A stretch of DNA of 64,000 nt from Candidatus Poribacteria bacterium. GTDB taxonomy: Bacteria; Poribacteria; WGA-4E; UBA9662. Position 1 is the first letter of the stretch, and every line of letters begins with the position of its first letter. The DNA lies in assembly GCA_036339735.1 (NCBI GenBank), contig JAYZAL010000064.1, forward strand, positions 64,001-128,000, in the 5' to 3' direction. Shown one piece after another: positions 39,356 through 50,138 of this stretch. The notes below the pieces were generated by a model. That model worked only from the letters and a program-made list of their open reading frames with translations, did no database searches and was not told where the DNA came from. The translations under genes and the position numbers were made by a program.

Positions 39356-42300
39356 ATGCCACGGACCAAATTGACTTACCTAATTTTATCCAATTTTTTG
39401 AGTATGACTGCTCTTGTTTTTGTTATTAGCCTATTCGCTGGTTGTGTCACAAAAGAAATTACGCGACGAGCTGATTGGGAAACTGATTTTCACGATATTC
39501 ACTTTATCAATCACCGACTGGGTTGGGTAGTGGGAGACGCAGGACTTATTGTTCATACCAATGACGGCGGAAAAACTTGGCAGAGACAAGAAACCCTGAT
39601 TGATGGGGACTTCAATTCAGTATTTTTTGCAAATGCAAATGAAGGATGGGCTGTTGGCTTCGAAGGATTAATTGCTCATACTGATGACGGTGGAAAGCAT
39701 TGGCAGTTACAAAAAAGCGGCAGTTCTGCGAACTTCAACGATGTATATTTTGCGAACTCCAAAGTGGGTTGGATTGTTGGTGAAGGTGCTGATGTTCTCT
39801 ATACTCAGAATGGCGGGAAAGACTGGAAACGCTACCCATATGTAAGCGAATTCCCCCTAAATGGGGTTTGGTTTGCCAATAAATTTCGAGGTTGGTGTGT
39901 TGGTGAATATGATCGAATATTCTTCACAGAAGATGGTGGGCGTAGTTGGCAAGAACAGAGTAACCGTCGTTCAGGCGAGCGAGATCGTTTGATAAATGAT
40001 AACAAAAGTGTCTTTTTCTTGAATGAAAACGAAGGCTGGCTAGTTGGTAGCGACGGCTCAGTATTCCATACTAACAATGGTGGAGCTGACTGGCAAAAAC
40101 AGGATAGTCGTATACCATTGATTAATGGTCATGTACGAGACACTATTAACAGTATTGACTTCGTTAATTCAGAAAATGGAATTGCTGTAGCTGATGTTGG
40201 CTTTATTATTTACACATCTGACGGTGGTGAAAATTGGCAGCTATGTGACAATATTACCGAAAATAATTTAACTTCCATTCAGTTTATTACAGACCAGGTT
40301 GCCTATGCAGTCGGTTGGTATGGAACTATTATGAAAACAATTAATGGAGGAGAAAAATGGGAGATGTTAAGTGGTACGACAGCCAATGATCTAGAGCAAG
40401 TTACCTTTGCAACTGGTGATGTTGGAATCGCTGTCGGTAAGCGCGGTACAATCACCATGACTCAGGATGGAGGGGAGACATGGACAGAAGTTGATTCGGA
40501 AATCTGGGATGACATCAATGGTATCTACTTTGCCACTGATAAAGAAGGATGGGCTGTTGGTTCTCGTGGAATGATTACTCATACCACGGATGGTGGGTTG
40601 AACTGGGAACACCAGAAAAGTGGCTGGTGGTATGCTTTGACCGATGTTTATTTTGTCAATACTAAAAAGGGGTGGGTCGTCGGGGATATGGGTACGATCC
40701 TACATACCGCAGATGGTGGTAAAAATTGGGTACAGCAAACCCCTGGTGAATTCCAACAACTCAAGGGTGTCTTTTTTCTAAATGAAAAGTTAGGTTGGGC
40801 AATTGGTTGGCCAGGAATCTGTTTACATACTAAAAATGGTGGGTTGACTTGGAACCAACAAACAACCGGAACATATAATGAGTTATATGGTGTTTTTTTT
40901 CTGAGTGAAAAATTAGGTTGGATAGTTGGACAATTCGGCGAAATTTTGCATACTAAAGATGGTGGAGAAAACTGGAAATTCCAACGCAGTGGTACAGAGA
41001 ATAATCTAAACAAAATTTTCTTTGGAGATGCTAATCATGGTCTGGCTGTAGGTGATGATGGTGTAGTTCTTACGACTACCTCTGGGGGAAAGAAATGGGA
41101 CATTCAAGAAAGTGAAACGAAAAATGATTTGTATGGGTTTGCCCTATCTCCCAAAGGTATGATCGCGGTTGGTAAAGGTGGATTAGCTATGAAATTTGCA
41201 CTGACCGAAGATCAAGAATTGCCGATTGAACTTCCACCAGTCGCTAGCACAGAAAAGACCGATGAGATAAAAGTCGAAATAGAAGTTGAAGAAGTCTTTT
41301 ACCATTGGGAAGTAGTCCGTAAAACAGAGTGGCAGGTTGATTTGAATGATGTTTACTTCACTGATCAAAAATTTGGTTGGGCTGTTGGTACTGAAGGAAG
41401 GATTGTTCATACTACTGACGGGGGAAATACATGGCAACCGCAACATAGTGGTGTTGATGATGATCTGCAGCGAGTATCTTTTATTGATAAAGAAACTGGT
41501 TGGATATTCGCTCGGGGATTAATGTTGAGAACTGTAGATGGAGGCCAGACATGGCAAGTTTTGAGAGGGGTACTTCAAAACTTTAGAGGTGGTATTTCTA
41601 CTCTTCAATTTCTGAATCATCGAGAAGGTTGGTTAGGTGTGACACAAGGTCAGACACTATATACAACCGATGGTGGCTTAACATGGAAAGTACAAAGAAG
41701 CGGAACAACCACTCAAGCTATCAGTGATCTACACTTTATCGATAGCAAAAAGGGTTGGGCTGTTGCTCCACAAAGGCGGGATGGAGGGTTTCTGCTACAT
41801 ACCACAGATAGTGGAAATTATTGGAAAATTCAAGAAAAAACGAATCAGGCTGCTATAGCTGTCCATTTTAGCAATGATGGACAAAACGGTTGGTTACTCT
41901 TATCAGATGCATCGTCTCTCTTGACAAAAAATGGTGGAAAAACTTGGAAAAGACAACAAACTGATTTTGAAGGTCGTATTAATCGTGTGTCATTTTTGAG
42001 CCAGAAACAAGCTTGGGCATTTACCGATAGCCAGTCAATTGTTATGACAAAAGATCGCGGTATATCTTGGCGGGAGTTGTTTCTTGATGGCCGTCCACCA
42101 CGCGAAATTCAGGAGGACTCAACTGAAAAAATAGATCAGGACAAGACAAAATTACCGACAGAGAAAGATGCTGTAGACGAATTCCAGACGCTATTAGAAA
42201 AACGTGGTATGGAAAATAGCCGATTCAACCGAGTCGCCAGTAATCAGACAGAATCATCAGACAGAAGTCCGAAGAACAAAAAGAAGGAGTCTGATGTTGA

Positions 42301-43390
42301 AAAAGATGAAGAGTTGTTAGTGGATACAGATGAAGGGCTTACTGTACCAAATAGAACAAGTAATCAAAATTATGTGAAAGGCGTTTTTTTCTTAAACGAA
42401 AGCCAAGCTTGGTCCGTGGGACAATCAGGAAATATTCATAAAACCCAAGACGGTGGTGCAACTTGGCAAAGAAAAAACGGAGGAGAACGGTATGAAAATC
42501 TGGAAGATGTCTTATTTTTAAGTCAGAATAATGGTTGGGTATCTGGTGAGCAGGGGGTTTTACTGGAAACAAAAGATGGAGGACAAACTTGGCATACGCT
42601 CAACAGTGGTACTCGACAAGAGTTGGTGGGTGTTCACTTTGTAGGCTTGGACCCCAAGTGGGGTTGGGTGATGCGAAAGGACGGAACAGTACATTACACT
42701 ACTGATGGTGATAAATGGTCACCGGGCAAGACACCTATGCGTCCACCTTTATTTGAAGAAGAACCTCCAACTAATTTCCGAATGAACGATGCTTCATTCG
42801 GTAAGTTCTCTGAGGGATGGGCCGCCGGTAGTGATGGACAAATCATCCATAATCAAGACGGCGGTCCAATCTGGACACCACAGCGGACTTCTACTGGTAA
42901 AGATTTAGTAGACATTGAAATGAAATTTGCCCCGTTGGGTTGGGCAGTGGGGCACTCTGGAATTGTTCAGCGGACAGTTAATGGAGGGCAATACTGGAAG
43001 CATCATGAAACTGACACTGGATATGATTTGTTTTCGGTTGACTTTATCAAGAAACGAGTTGGCTGGGCTGTAGGCCAATATGGCATCGTTTTGCGTACTA
43101 ATAATGGAGGTTTCAAATGGGAAGCACTTTCCAGTGGAACCACCACTAATCTCAATAGCATAATTTCTCTTTCTGAACAAGAATTATATGCTGTTGGGGA
43201 TAGAGGATTAATCCTATACTCTTCTGATGCAGGTGATACTTGGCAACAACAACATACTGATATAGATAATGACTTGTATACCATAGTATGCTCAGAAAAC
43301 AAAAATACGTTATGGATCGTTGGTCAGTGGGGGATCATTCTCAAACGCTCTCTTACGCCACAATTATCTTACCGAAAAGATTATAAATGA
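39356..43390 (+). CDS. Large YCF48/BNR-repeat beta-propeller lipoprotein
   Basis: Lipobox LFAGC; 28 repeats of GW.VG..G.I..T.DGG..W counted by eye. Confidence 0.9.
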   Translation: MPRTKLTYLILSNFLSMTALVFVISLFAGCVTKEITRRADWETDFHDIHFINHRLGWVVGDAGLIVHTNDGGKTWQRQETLIDGDFNSVFFANANEGWAVGFEGLIAHTDDGGKHWQLQKSGSSANFNDVYFANSKVGWIVGEGADVLYTQNGGKDWKRYPYVSEFPLNGVWFANKFRGWCVGEYDRIFFTEDGGRSWQEQSNRRSGERDRLINDNKSVFFLNENEGWLVGSDGSVFHTNNGGADWQKQDSRIPLINGHVRDTINSIDFVNSENGIAVADVGFIIYTSDGGENWQLCDNITENNLTSIQFITDQVAYAVGWYGTIMKTINGGEKWEMLSGTTANDLEQVTFATGDVGIAVGKRGTITMTQDGGETWTEVDSEIWDDINGIYFATDKEGWAVGSRGMITHTTDGGLNWEHQKSGWWYALTDVYFVNTKKGWVVGDMGTILHTADGGKNWVQQTPGEFQQLKGVFFLNEKLGWAIGWPGICLHTKNGGLTWNQQTTGTYNELYGVFFLSEKLGWIVGQFGEILHTKDGGENWKFQRSGTENNLNKIFFGDANHGLAVGDDGVVLTTTSGGKKWDIQESETKNDLYGFALSPKGMIAVGKGGLAMKFALTEDQELPIELPPVASTEKTDEIKVEIEVEEVFYHWEVVRKTEWQVDLNDVYFTDQKFGWAVGTEGRIVHTTDGGNTWQPQHSGVDDDLQRVSFIDKETGWIFARGLMLRTVDGGQTWQVLRGVLQNFRGGISTLQFLNHREGWLGVTQGQTLYTTDGGLTWKVQRSGTTTQAISDLHFIDSKKGWAVAPQRRDGGFLLHTTDSGNYWKIQEKTNQAAIAVHFSNDGQNGWLLLSDASSLLTKNGGKTWKRQQTDFEGRINRVSFLSQKQAWAFTDSQSIVMTKDRGISWRELFLDGRPPREIQEDSTEKIDQDKTKLPTEKDAVDEFQTLLEKRGMENSRFNRVASNQTESSDRSPKNKKKESDVEKDEELLVDTDEGLTVPNRTSNQNYVKGVFFLNESQAWSVGQSGNIHKTQDGGATWQRKNGGERYENLEDVLFLSQNNGWVSGEQGVLLETKDGGQTWHTLNSGTRQELVGVHFVGLDPKWGWVMRKDGTVHYTTDGDKWSPGKTPMRPPLFEEEPPTNFRMNDASFGKFSEGWAAGSDGQIIHNQDGGPIWTPQRTSTGKDLVDIEMKFAPLGWAVGHSGIVQRTVNGGQYWKHHETDTGYDLFSVDFIKKRVGWAVGQYGIVLRTNNGGFKWEALSSGTTTNLNSIISLSEQELYAVGDRGLILYSSDAGDTWQQQHTDIDNDLYTIVCSENKNTLWIVGQWGIILKRSLTPQLSYRKDYK

Positions 43391-43675
43391 ACTCACACCT
43401 ACTGCCATTTTGTACGTATGTATGGAACAAATTGCCCACAACATTACTATGATGTCTTTGGTATGAATAAGAAATACTACAGTATGAAAAATTAATTAAA
43501 AGCCTGATGATACGTCGTTATTCTAGCAAAAGACCCTTGGTCGTATGTTTTTCAATACCTTCAGCTTGACTCAAAATCTTTGGTCTCTACTTAATAATTT
43601 TCTCAAGTAAGGATCTAGTCGCAGACTTTTTGTAGGGTTCAGCAAACAAAAAGTATTTTTTAGGAAATTATACAT

Positions 43676-44569
43676 ATGAAATTAGTAATGATCAGGTCAA
43701 GAATAAGTTTTTGGCGGTTATCATTCTTGTTCGGATTGATGATTGGTATTAGGGCCATCGCAGTTGAACAACAAAATTGGTACGTTGCAAAGGCTACTGA
43801 AATACCAATTATTGACGGAAAAATTACTGATGAAGTCTGGAGCTATGCGCCTACTTTAATAGTATCTATCCAAAAGTCGATGGGGAAGGATAAAGGAAAA
43901 GAAACTACAAAGCTTCGACTTCAAGCTGTTTATACGGATATGGAACTAGCCATTCTGGCTATCTGGGCCGATGAGACTGAGGATCGAACCTATAAAACTT
44001 GGATTTGGGATTCAGCCAAATCTAGATACAAAAAAGGGTATGATTTGGAAGATATCTTCTCTGTTGGTTTTCCAATAAGAGGTCCTTTTACTGGTGATAT
44101 GTTGTCCCCAATAGAAGTGGAATGGGATGTTTGGCATTGGAACGCAGCACGTACAGATCCTTCTGGTTACGCATTTGATCGTCGCCATGTTCACACGTTT
44201 GCGCAACCCAAAGGGAAAGCTAAACAAATTTCGATACCTGGCGGAAAAAAAATCTGGTTCGCAAATCCTGCTGACCAAGGATATCCATTATTTTCTTCTC
44301 GGCCCAAACCTAGGACCTTTGAGGGTCAAAGTGTTCCGTCATTTGTAGTTAATTTACCGACACATAGCCAGGCAGATGTACAGGCGAAAGGGATTTGGGA
44401 AAGTGGCCGATGGCAACTGGAGTTGAGGCGCAAATTGGATACTGGCCACTCAGATGATCTTGCCTTTACTCCCAGTCAAATTTATCCTGTAGCCATTGCG
44501 ATCTTTGATCATTCTGAGGGAGGAAGACATGGTTCATCATCAGTAGTGAAGATGAACTTCAGGCAATAA
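43676..44569 (+). CDS. Periplasmic DOMON / ethylbenzene-dehydrogenase-gamma-like (putative heme-binding) protein
   Basis: Signal peptide; P.IDG...W, W.D.T, WDVWHW.A.RT, W..GRW.LE.RRKL.TG..DD. Confidence 0.75.
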   Translation: MKLVMIRSRISFWRLSFLFGLMIGIRAIAVEQQNWYVAKATEIPIIDGKITDEVWSYAPTLIVSIQKSMGKDKGKETTKLRLQAVYTDMELAILAIWADETEDRTYKTWIWDSAKSRYKKGYDLEDIFSVGFPIRGPFTGDMLSPIEVEWDVWHWNAARTDPSGYAFDRRHVHTFAQPKGKAKQISIPGGKKIWFANPADQGYPLFSSRPKPRTFEGQSVPSFVVNLPTHSQADVQAKGIWESGRWQLELRRKLDTGHSDDLAFTPSQIYPVAIAIFDHSEGGRHGSSSVVKMNFRQ

Positions 44570-44621
44570 AGGAATCCTAGATTAATTTTCCCAAAAATTA
44601 GAAAGAACAGATTAATAAGGA

Positions 44622-45557
44622 TTAAAAATTCTGTTCTAGGAAATCGTTAATCACTTCATTTGGTAGGGGGATACTGACCGCATTTACATTGGCTTCTAAT
44701 TGCTGACGGTTAAGACTACCAATTGGATTTCCGTGTACTCGTGGGTCGAGCATACAGAATTGTAGAGCAACAGCTAAAAGACTAATTTCATGTTCCAAAC
44801 ACCACTTACGCATCTTTGTCGCGCGTTGCACTTCCTTATCTTTAGGATCTCTGTCGGTTAAATCCATTCCCGTTAGTAAACCACGCTTAATCGACCAACC
44901 GTTTAAAACTCCAATATCGTTCTTTTCTGCTAATGGTATGATTTTATCAGCTGCAGTTTGACCGAAAAGATTAAAATCATTGAAGGTCAATAGGACATCA
45001 AGTTCACCAGTTTCGATAGTTTTTAAGTGAAATTGGTGAGGATTCATAGCATAGCCAATATTATGACTTAAACCACGGTCCTTCAATTTCAATAACCCGG
45101 AAAGAGTCCCATTTTTTTTAATTGTAGGGTCAACCTCGCGAGGGTCATGAACCAAAAGCGCGTCAAAATAGTTGGTTCCTAGTAATTCTAGTTGCCTCTC
45201 AGCATTGTCAATAGCGTAGTCAGCTGAATAGTCAACATCATTATGTTGAATATAATCAAGATGATCCCACTCATATCTACGCTCGCAACAAACTCTAGCA
45301 GAAATAATTATATCTTCCCGACGAATAACACCCTCCTTCAAGGCGAGTCCTAATTTTCGTTGAGAATCTCCATAACAAAGGGCCGTATCAAAGTGGTTAA
45401 CCCCGATGTCTACAGCGAAACGAATTAGCTCACAAGCTTCGTCATCGGATACAAGTCCAAAGTGGTTGCCAAAACCCTGTGTGCCGAACGGTATTACCGG
45501 AATTGAAATTTCACTTTTTCCCCATCGACGACGAGGAAGTTCAAAAGACTTAGACAT
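44622..45557 (-). CDS. Aldo/keto reductase
   Basis: FGTQGFG, GVNHFDTALCYG.S, LGTNYFD..LVHDP. Confidence 0.88.
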   Translation of the reverse strand: MSKSFELPRRRWGKSEISIPVIPFGTQGFGNHFGLVSDDEACELIRFAVDIGVNHFDTALCYGDSQRKLGLALKEGVIRREDIIISARVCCERRYEWDHLDYIQHNDVDYSADYAIDNAERQLELLGTNYFDALLVHDPREVDPTIKKNGTLSGLLKLKDRGLSHNIGYAMNPHQFHLKTIETGELDVLLTFNDFNLFGQTAADKIIPLAEKNDIGVLNGWSIKRGLLTGMDLTDRDPKDKEVQRATKMRKWCLEHEISLLAVALQFCMLDPRVHGNPIGSLNRQQLEANVNAVSIPLPNEVINDFLEQNF

Positions 45558-45677
45558 GTTTATTCCTTTGGTTGTTGATAGTTGATATCAAGAGCCTTGA
45601 TGTAGATAGAATGTATACGGATTCTCCTAGGGTTTGTTGACCAAGTCCACTTCAAGATTACTACTAGGAATGGTCCT

Positions 45678-46817
45678 TCAGCCTTGATTATCAATTTCCC
45701 AGTCAGGTAGCCCTAAAGGCAATGGCTGAGGTTGTGAACATGTACTACTCAACTCTACATGTTGGCCTTCGGCTGATGATCGGTGTAGAGCATGAATGAC
45801 TTCGATGACATGATACCCCATTTCACCGCTAGCCCTTATAGGACGTTGATGTCGAATTGATGTAGCCATGTCAGCAACGCCAACCCCACGTGAATTCTGA
45901 TTGTAGCCATAATTGCATTCGACCTCAACAAATTCATTCTTTGAAGATGGACGAAAATATATGGGACCGCCAAAATTGTTAGGATCAATACACCTTAGAG
46001 AACCTTCTGTTCCATAAATCTCAATATGTGGTAGATTTGTAGAGTGAACATCGGAGCTAACGAGAATTGTTCCAACTACACCAGAATGAAAATCCATTAT
46101 TCCAGCAAAGTGGGTTGGGGTTTTGACTACGTCTTTGAATTCTCTCCTTTCCCCCCATACGTTTCTGGTTGAAGCTGTAACACGATGGATTGGTCCCAAG
46201 AGATGAATTAAAGCATTCAAATAGTAGGGGCCACGGTCAAAACTCCATGTCACACCGAAGTCGTAAAAGTTAGTGCTATAGAAGTTGACATAGTCAGTTG
46301 ATTTTGGTTTTGCATTGTCTATCTTTGGCTGACGAAAAGCCATTAAACAAGCAGAAGCAGCCACTGGCTGGCCAATATTTCCTTCATCAATAAATTGGCG
46401 AGCTGTTTGCCATGCTCCACCGAAGAAGGTATCGGGTCCACAACCGATGTATAATCCTTTCTTATTAGCGAGTGATAACATACTTTGTCCTTCTTCTAGA
46501 TGGACAGCCATTGGTTTCTCGTTATACACATGCTTTTCGGCATCTAATATGGATAATGCTACTGGGCCATGGGCATTATGCGGTGTCAGATTAATTATCA
46601 TTTCAACCGCAGGATCATCTAGTATTTCGTCAACTGAATATGCTTTGCTAATTCCAAATTCATTGGACCGATCCTGAGCTGCGTCAGGACGCTGGTCAGC
46701 TACAGCGATAATATCAAAGGGTGAAAATTTTAGGCTATTTTTAAGATAAGCAGCACTAACCATACCACAACCAATAATACCAACAGAAGTTATACCCGAA
46801 GATGTATTTTTTGACAT
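45678..46817 (-). CDS. Gfo/Idh/MocA oxidoreductase
   Basis: GIIGCG, NLT..H, KHVYNEKP, PDTF.G, D.GPYY, IYGTEG. Confidence 0.92.
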   Translation of the reverse strand: MSKNTSSGITSVGIIGCGMVSAAYLKNSLKFSPFDIIAVADQRPDAAQDRSNEFGISKAYSVDEILDDPAVEMIINLTPHNAHGPVALSILDAEKHVYNEKPMAVHLEEGQSMLSLANKKGLYIGCGPDTFFGGAWQTARQFIDEGNIGQPVAASACLMAFRQPKIDNAKPKSTDYVNFYSTNFYDFGVTWSFDRGPYYLNALIHLLGPIHRVTASTRNVWGERREFKDVVKTPTHFAGIMDFHSGVVGTILVSSDVHSTNLPHIEIYGTEGSLRCIDPNNFGGPIYFRPSSKNEFVEVECNYGYNQNSRGVGVADMATSIRHQRPIRASGEMGYHVIEVIHALHRSSAEGQHVELSSTCSQPQPLPLGLPDWEIDNQG

Positions 46818-47392
46818 TTTTACCTTCTCCCAACCATGAAACTTAGTGTGAATAAATGCTATTGCAGGTCATCACCAATGAGTGTGTTTATTTTTTTGAC
46901 TAGGCACATTATTAAATAGAAATGGGTTTTAACTGTGTAAGTCAAACGAGTGTCCGTCAGGTAATGGATCATCCTACCTCAAAAGAGGTGAATATGAGTT
47001 TTCCCGCATAATTTACTTGGTATCTAATAAATGTTAATGTATGTAAACGAATAGCACGGGACTTTTTCAGAGGAACATAAATTTGATACATTATTTTAGA
47101 CAATTAGTGGACCTAATTGTATTGATAATAAAAGGGTTAGAAAAAAAAATATCGCGGACACATGACGGAAGAGAAATATTGAGCCACCTGCAAAAAAAGC
47201 TATTATCCGAAGGGTTAAGCCATAAACTACCGTCCCGGCACCAGCGACCTGAATTTCGTTCAGCTAAAGTAAGCACTAGCCGATTAAAAAGAATAAAAGA
47301 CACATGAAAAATCTGACATCCTTAGGGCTTAAGGTTTTTTTATAATAAAAATCGGATTTAAAAGATACCTGCTTTATTTTGTGAATTCTGAA

Positions 47393-48268
47393 TTATCGAT
47401 TAGTCAATTTTCCATATTCTAGCCATTGAACCATATCCAGCGGGTAACGTTTTTTCACACTATCATAAAACTGAATTGATTCCGCAGAAAGAAAATCTCG
47501 TCCCAAACCATCTTGACCACTATGAAAAAAGCTGTGATCTGATTGCCAAAAATTTTGGACACTGTTAGGTACTAGATCGCTAGCGTTTTCCTTCATATAA
47601 TCAAAACTAGCAAAGGTCGATAGCCAATCACAGATTTCCATTGTAATATCTATCTGTAAGAAATGGGCTAACTTCGATATCTGCTTGGCTAAATTAGATT
47701 TCAGATCACTATAGTGTAGTAAGATAACATTTGGTAAAGTTTTCGCTCGCCAAAAAGTTTCAAAATGATGCCAGCCAGTATTTTTTACTATTTCTTGTTG
47801 AAAGCTTTTGTCTGGACCCGCTGAAAAAGGTATGTCTAATTTTTGACCTAAAGATGCTTCAACGGCTGCTCGATCTGAATTTTTGTAATGATTGTAAAGA
47901 GAGAAAAATTGGTCGAGCGGATTTCGACCGACAAAAATATAATTTACATAATCAAAATAAGGTATTCCATCAAATGGCGTATGGGTTTTGATAAATCTCC
48001 GATGAGTCTGTGCTTCATACTGAGCAAGTACTTGTTCAACTGACTGTATTTTTTGATCTAGCCAAGGAGACATTGTTCCTAATGGTTGATCCAATTTGGC
48101 ACTGCGGAAAATTAGTAAAGCACAAATCATTTGTGTCCATGTCGTTCCGGATTTCGGAGGAGTAGAAATTACAATATCGTTTGGGCGAAGTTGAAATTTT
48201 CTCCATCTTGAGCTATCTGCCATTGGGCTTTGATAATCAATGATTTGTTGCCCACTAAAGTTCAACAT
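47393..48268 (-). CDS. Sulfotransferase domain protein (start likely ATG 48268)
   Basis: PAPS loop TPPKSGTTW, RFIKTH, RNPLD..FSLYNH. Confidence 0.9.
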   Translation of the reverse strand: MLNFSGQQIIDYQSPMADSSRWRKFQLRPNDIVISTPPKSGTTWTQMICALLIFRSAKLDQPLGTMSPWLDQKIQSVEQVLAQYEAQTHRRFIKTHTPFDGIPYFDYVNYIFVGRNPLDQFFSLYNHYKNSDRAAVEASLGQKLDIPFSAGPDKSFQQEIVKNTGWHHFETFWRAKTLPNVILLHYSDLKSNLAKQISKLAHFLQIDITMEICDWLSTFASFDYMKENASDLVPNSVQNFWQSDHSFFHSGQDGLGRDFLSAESIQFYDSVKKRYPLDMVQWLEYGKLTNR

Positions 48269-48290
48269 TTTGCATATCCTCTTTTTTGAG

Positions 48291-49571
48291 TTATTTCGCT
48301 TGCCAAACTGCTGTACCACTCTGTTGTGTTTCCGATTGTAAAATCTCACTCATCTTACGGCAGAGATCAGGTTCAGTCTGAACTATATTATGTGATTCTT
48401 GAGGATCTGTACTGAGATCATAGAGTTCAAGTGGTTCAAAAGGGCTATTATGTAATAGTTTAATGTTACCTTGCCTTACAGAATGTTGATTAAGACCTAG
48501 AAAAGGTTGTCCACCTTCTTTCCGAACCCAATAAAGGTTTCGTTCATCAAGGTTTTGTCGCTCACCTCGAAGGGTAGGCCAAATGGACTTACCCTCAATA
48601 TGATGGCCTATTTCAACATCTACTACCTGACAAATTGTAGGGAAAAGATCCATCAACATGGCTGCTTGATTTGTCACTTTTCCTGGGTCAATTTGGTTTG
48701 GCCACATAGCACAAGCTGGAACACGAATACCACCTTCGTACATTTGCCCTTTTGCGCCGCGTAAAAGCCCGTTAGTTGCTCCAACATTCAACTGACCACC
48801 ATTATCAGAAGTATAAATCACTAAGGTATTTGATAGCTGATCTGTTTTTTCAAGTATATCTAAGACTCGACCAATACCTGAATCCATATGTTCAACTAAA
48901 GCCGAATATCGAACTCTTTCTTCTGAAGCGTCAGGTTCACGTTGTCGTACTCGTTCAATCCAATCAGCTGGAGGTTGAATTGGCGTATGCGGGGCATTAT
49001 ATGCTAGATAAAGGAAAAATGGTTGTGACGAGTGATGTTGGCTTTGAATGAATTCGACAGCCCAATCAGAAAATAGGTCTGTAGCATGTCCACGAGGATC
49101 AATATTTTCTAGATTTTCCCTCATATAATTTTGATTATGCCTTAGATGTGTATAGTAGTCATCCATCATATCACCCAGGAATCCATGAAAATGATCAAAT
49201 CCCCGACGACAAGGATGGTTTTCGGTTTCTAACCCCAAATGCCATTTACCAATGAGGGATGTCTTGTACTCGTTTTGTTTTAGGAGTGATGGTAATGTAA
49301 TTGCATTTGGACTAAAGTAGCCCCAGCTGTTTTCAGGGTGGGTACGAATAACCCCAGGTACACCGACCCTATCGGGATAGCGTCCCGTCATAAGAGAAGC
49401 TCTACTAGGTGAACAAACTGAAGAGTTTGCATAAAATTGGGTAAGCCGGACACCGTTCTCAGCAATACGATCAATATGAGGTGTTTGGATATGTGGCCCA
49501 TTATGAACAGAAATATCCCCATAACCATGATCATCAGCTAAGATAAGTACGATATTAGGTAAACCTACCAT
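48291..49571 (-). CDS. Sulfatase (S1, arylsulfatase-like)
   Basis: PNIVLILADD.GYGD, CSPSRASLMTG, GKWHLG, APHTP, SDNG, YEGGIRVP. Confidence 0.94.
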   Translation of the reverse strand: MVGLPNIVLILADDHGYGDISVHNGPHIQTPHIDRIAENGVRLTQFYANSSVCSPSRASLMTGRYPDRVGVPGVIRTHPENSWGYFSPNAITLPSLLKQNEYKTSLIGKWHLGLETENHPCRRGFDHFHGFLGDMMDDYYTHLRHNQNYMRENLENIDPRGHATDLFSDWAVEFIQSQHHSSQPFFLYLAYNAPHTPIQPPADWIERVRQREPDASEERVRYSALVEHMDSGIGRVLDILEKTDQLSNTLVIYTSDNGGQLNVGATNGLLRGAKGQMYEGGIRVPACAMWPNQIDPGKVTNQAAMLMDLFPTICQVVDVEIGHHIEGKSIWPTLRGERQNLDERNLYWVRKEGGQPFLGLNQHSVRQGNIKLLHNSPFEPLELYDLSTDPQESHNIVQTEPDLCRKMSEILQSETQQSGTAVWQAK

Positions 49572-50138
49572 TAATCGAGTCCTTCCTATAGTATTTAGTA
49601 ACTATTTCTATTTTATAGACTATAATAATAACCTTGATTTGTGAAATCAATCAATATCCGATTTAGCGACTTCATACTAGTATTAGATTAGCATTTCCTA
49701 GTTTAACAATTACAATTGGTGCCTATTATTTGACTCCAACATCAAGATAGAACTAAAAAAGAAAATGTTATCAGTTTCTGATTCTATTAATTCAGACGAA
49801 AATTTGACAGAATTTCATCATTTTGGGTTTTACTGTAAAATTCAACTCCCAATTTTTATCTAGAATAATAACAAGCAAATCCGAATGCTTTTCATTTTCC
49901 TCTCATATTTTACTTTGTTCAATTATAGTGTTCAAAGCCGACACCGGAGGAAAAACAGTGAAATGACACACTGATTCTCACTGGATATTTAGATTAAATG
50001 ATCATGGGAAAACCAATCAAAAGACACTGAAACATATAAAACTGGAGAAGAAGTAAACAGTCAACAGATCAGACTGGTTACCATTTTATGCCATTTAGAC
50101 AAGAAATCACTGTCAGCTTCAATAAGAAAGGTCCGAAA

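Noticed and set aside
39356..43390. Apparent nucleotide-level repeats or array
   Set aside because: Degenerate protein-level BNR repeats within one ORF; no identical repeat-spacer structure.
43500..43545. CTGATGA hammerhead core
   Set aside because: No stem II followed by GAAA downstream.
47151..47250. 6S or SRP RNA
   Set aside because: CCACCTG/GGGTT/CGGCAC recalls the 6S 3' half, but there is no complementary 5' half, and the SRP CAGG-GNRA-AGCA core is absent.
49946..50056. GGAGG + GTG-AAA-TGA followed by about 30 open codons (selenoprotein or readthrough)
   Set aside because: No recognisable SECIS or redox motif; likely chance or a decayed remnant.
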